NCBI GenBank assembly: GCA_964576075.1
Contig: CAZNTX010000009.1
Span: 992 to 64,991 of the forward strand
Direction of reading: 5' to 3'
Length of the DNA stretch: 64,000 nucleotides
Source: an uncultured Limibaculum sp.
GTDB taxonomy: Bacteria > Pseudomonadota > Alphaproteobacteria > Rhodobacterales > Rhodobacteraceae
The position numbers were made by a program, and so were the translations under genes. Position 1 is the first letter of the stretch. Each line of letters opens with the position of its first letter. Below the pieces are notes generated by a model, which was not told the DNA's origin, made no database searches, and worked only from the letters and a program-made list of their open reading frames with translations. Below are positions 63,426-64,000 of the stretch, piece by piece.

Positions 63426-63797
63426 TTGCTAGGCGAGCACGGTCGGATGCGGGTCCGCGCCCGGGGCTCTCCGGTTTCGGAGGGTCGGCGCGGGTCCCCC
63501 CGTCACCGGCCATCCCGCCGGCCAGGGCCCGCGCGCATGCCGCGCGGCTCCAGGGGGGACGGGCCGGGTCCGGCGCGCGGGCCGCGCGCCCCCACCCTGC
63601 CGCGCGCTTACCGCGCGGCCCCGACAGGAAGCTGACGATGCCCGCCCCCCACGCGTCGACGCGCCCCCTTGCGACAGCGGCCGACCTCCGGCCCCGCGAG
63701 GCCGCGGATCGTGGCGGCCGCATCGCCCCAACCACACGATCGCCGCGCCGGGACGGGGGGCCGCGGCCCCGCCGCCCCGCCCGGCCACAGGACATCC

Positions 63798-64000
63798 ATG
63801 ACCAAGAAGATGCTCATCGACGCCACCCACCCGGAGGAGACCCGGGTCGTGGTGGCCGACGGAAACAAGGTCGAAGACTTTGATTTCGAATCGATCAACA
63901 AGCGCCAGCTCGCGGGGAACATCTACCTCGCCAAGGTGACCCGGGTGGAGCCGTCGCTGCAGGCGGCCTTCGTCGAATACGGCGGCAACCGGCACGGCTT
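63798..64000 (+). CDS. rne: Ribonuclease E/G, 3'-truncated by the window edge
   Basis: MTKKMLIDATHPEETRVVV..GNIYLAKVTRVEPSLQAAFVEYGGNRHG. Confidence 0.95.
   Translation, partial: MTKKMLIDATHPEETRVVVADGNKVEDFDFESINKRQLAGNIYLAKVTRVEPSLQAAFVEYGGNRHG

Overview
About 64 kb of very GC-rich (roughly 73% by eye) chromosomal DNA from an alphaproteobacterium, most likely Rhodobacterales. The lineage call rests on VPLPA-CTERM proteins, a zeta-subunit (DUF1476) gene, a Rhodobacterales-type 6S RNA and prfB without a programmed frameshift. The window is mostly core genes: ctrA-sciP-mnmA, yebC, ymdB-ygfA-ssrS, purC, accA, ttcA, modABC, metY, recG, ligA, prfB, PBP1A, amiC and the start of rne. Single accessory genes are interspersed: an ExeM-type nuclease, three PEP-CTERM/VPLPA proteins, M15, S8 and caspase-like peptidases, two orphan SAM methyltransferases, a cryptochrome/photolyase, a flavin oxidoreductase with a GcvT-like gene, a NIT-like chemoreceptor and an ASKHA protein. 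The 7.95-10.7 kb interval holds decayed DNA: two eroded IS3-family elements, a 7-mer VNTR and a perfect 33-bp hairpin. The best leads are (i) three dispersed, signal-peptide-less, lysine-rich orphan proteins that look like injected effectors, one of them split by a 1-nt frameshift; (ii) a 42-aa membrane peptide behind recG under tandem LexA boxes, a candidate SOS division inhibitor; and (iii) an apparent split of the ctrA-ligA-recG block with scars at both putative breakpoints. No CRISPR array, rRNA or tRNA was seen. All family calls come from motif recognition by eye; no database searches were run.
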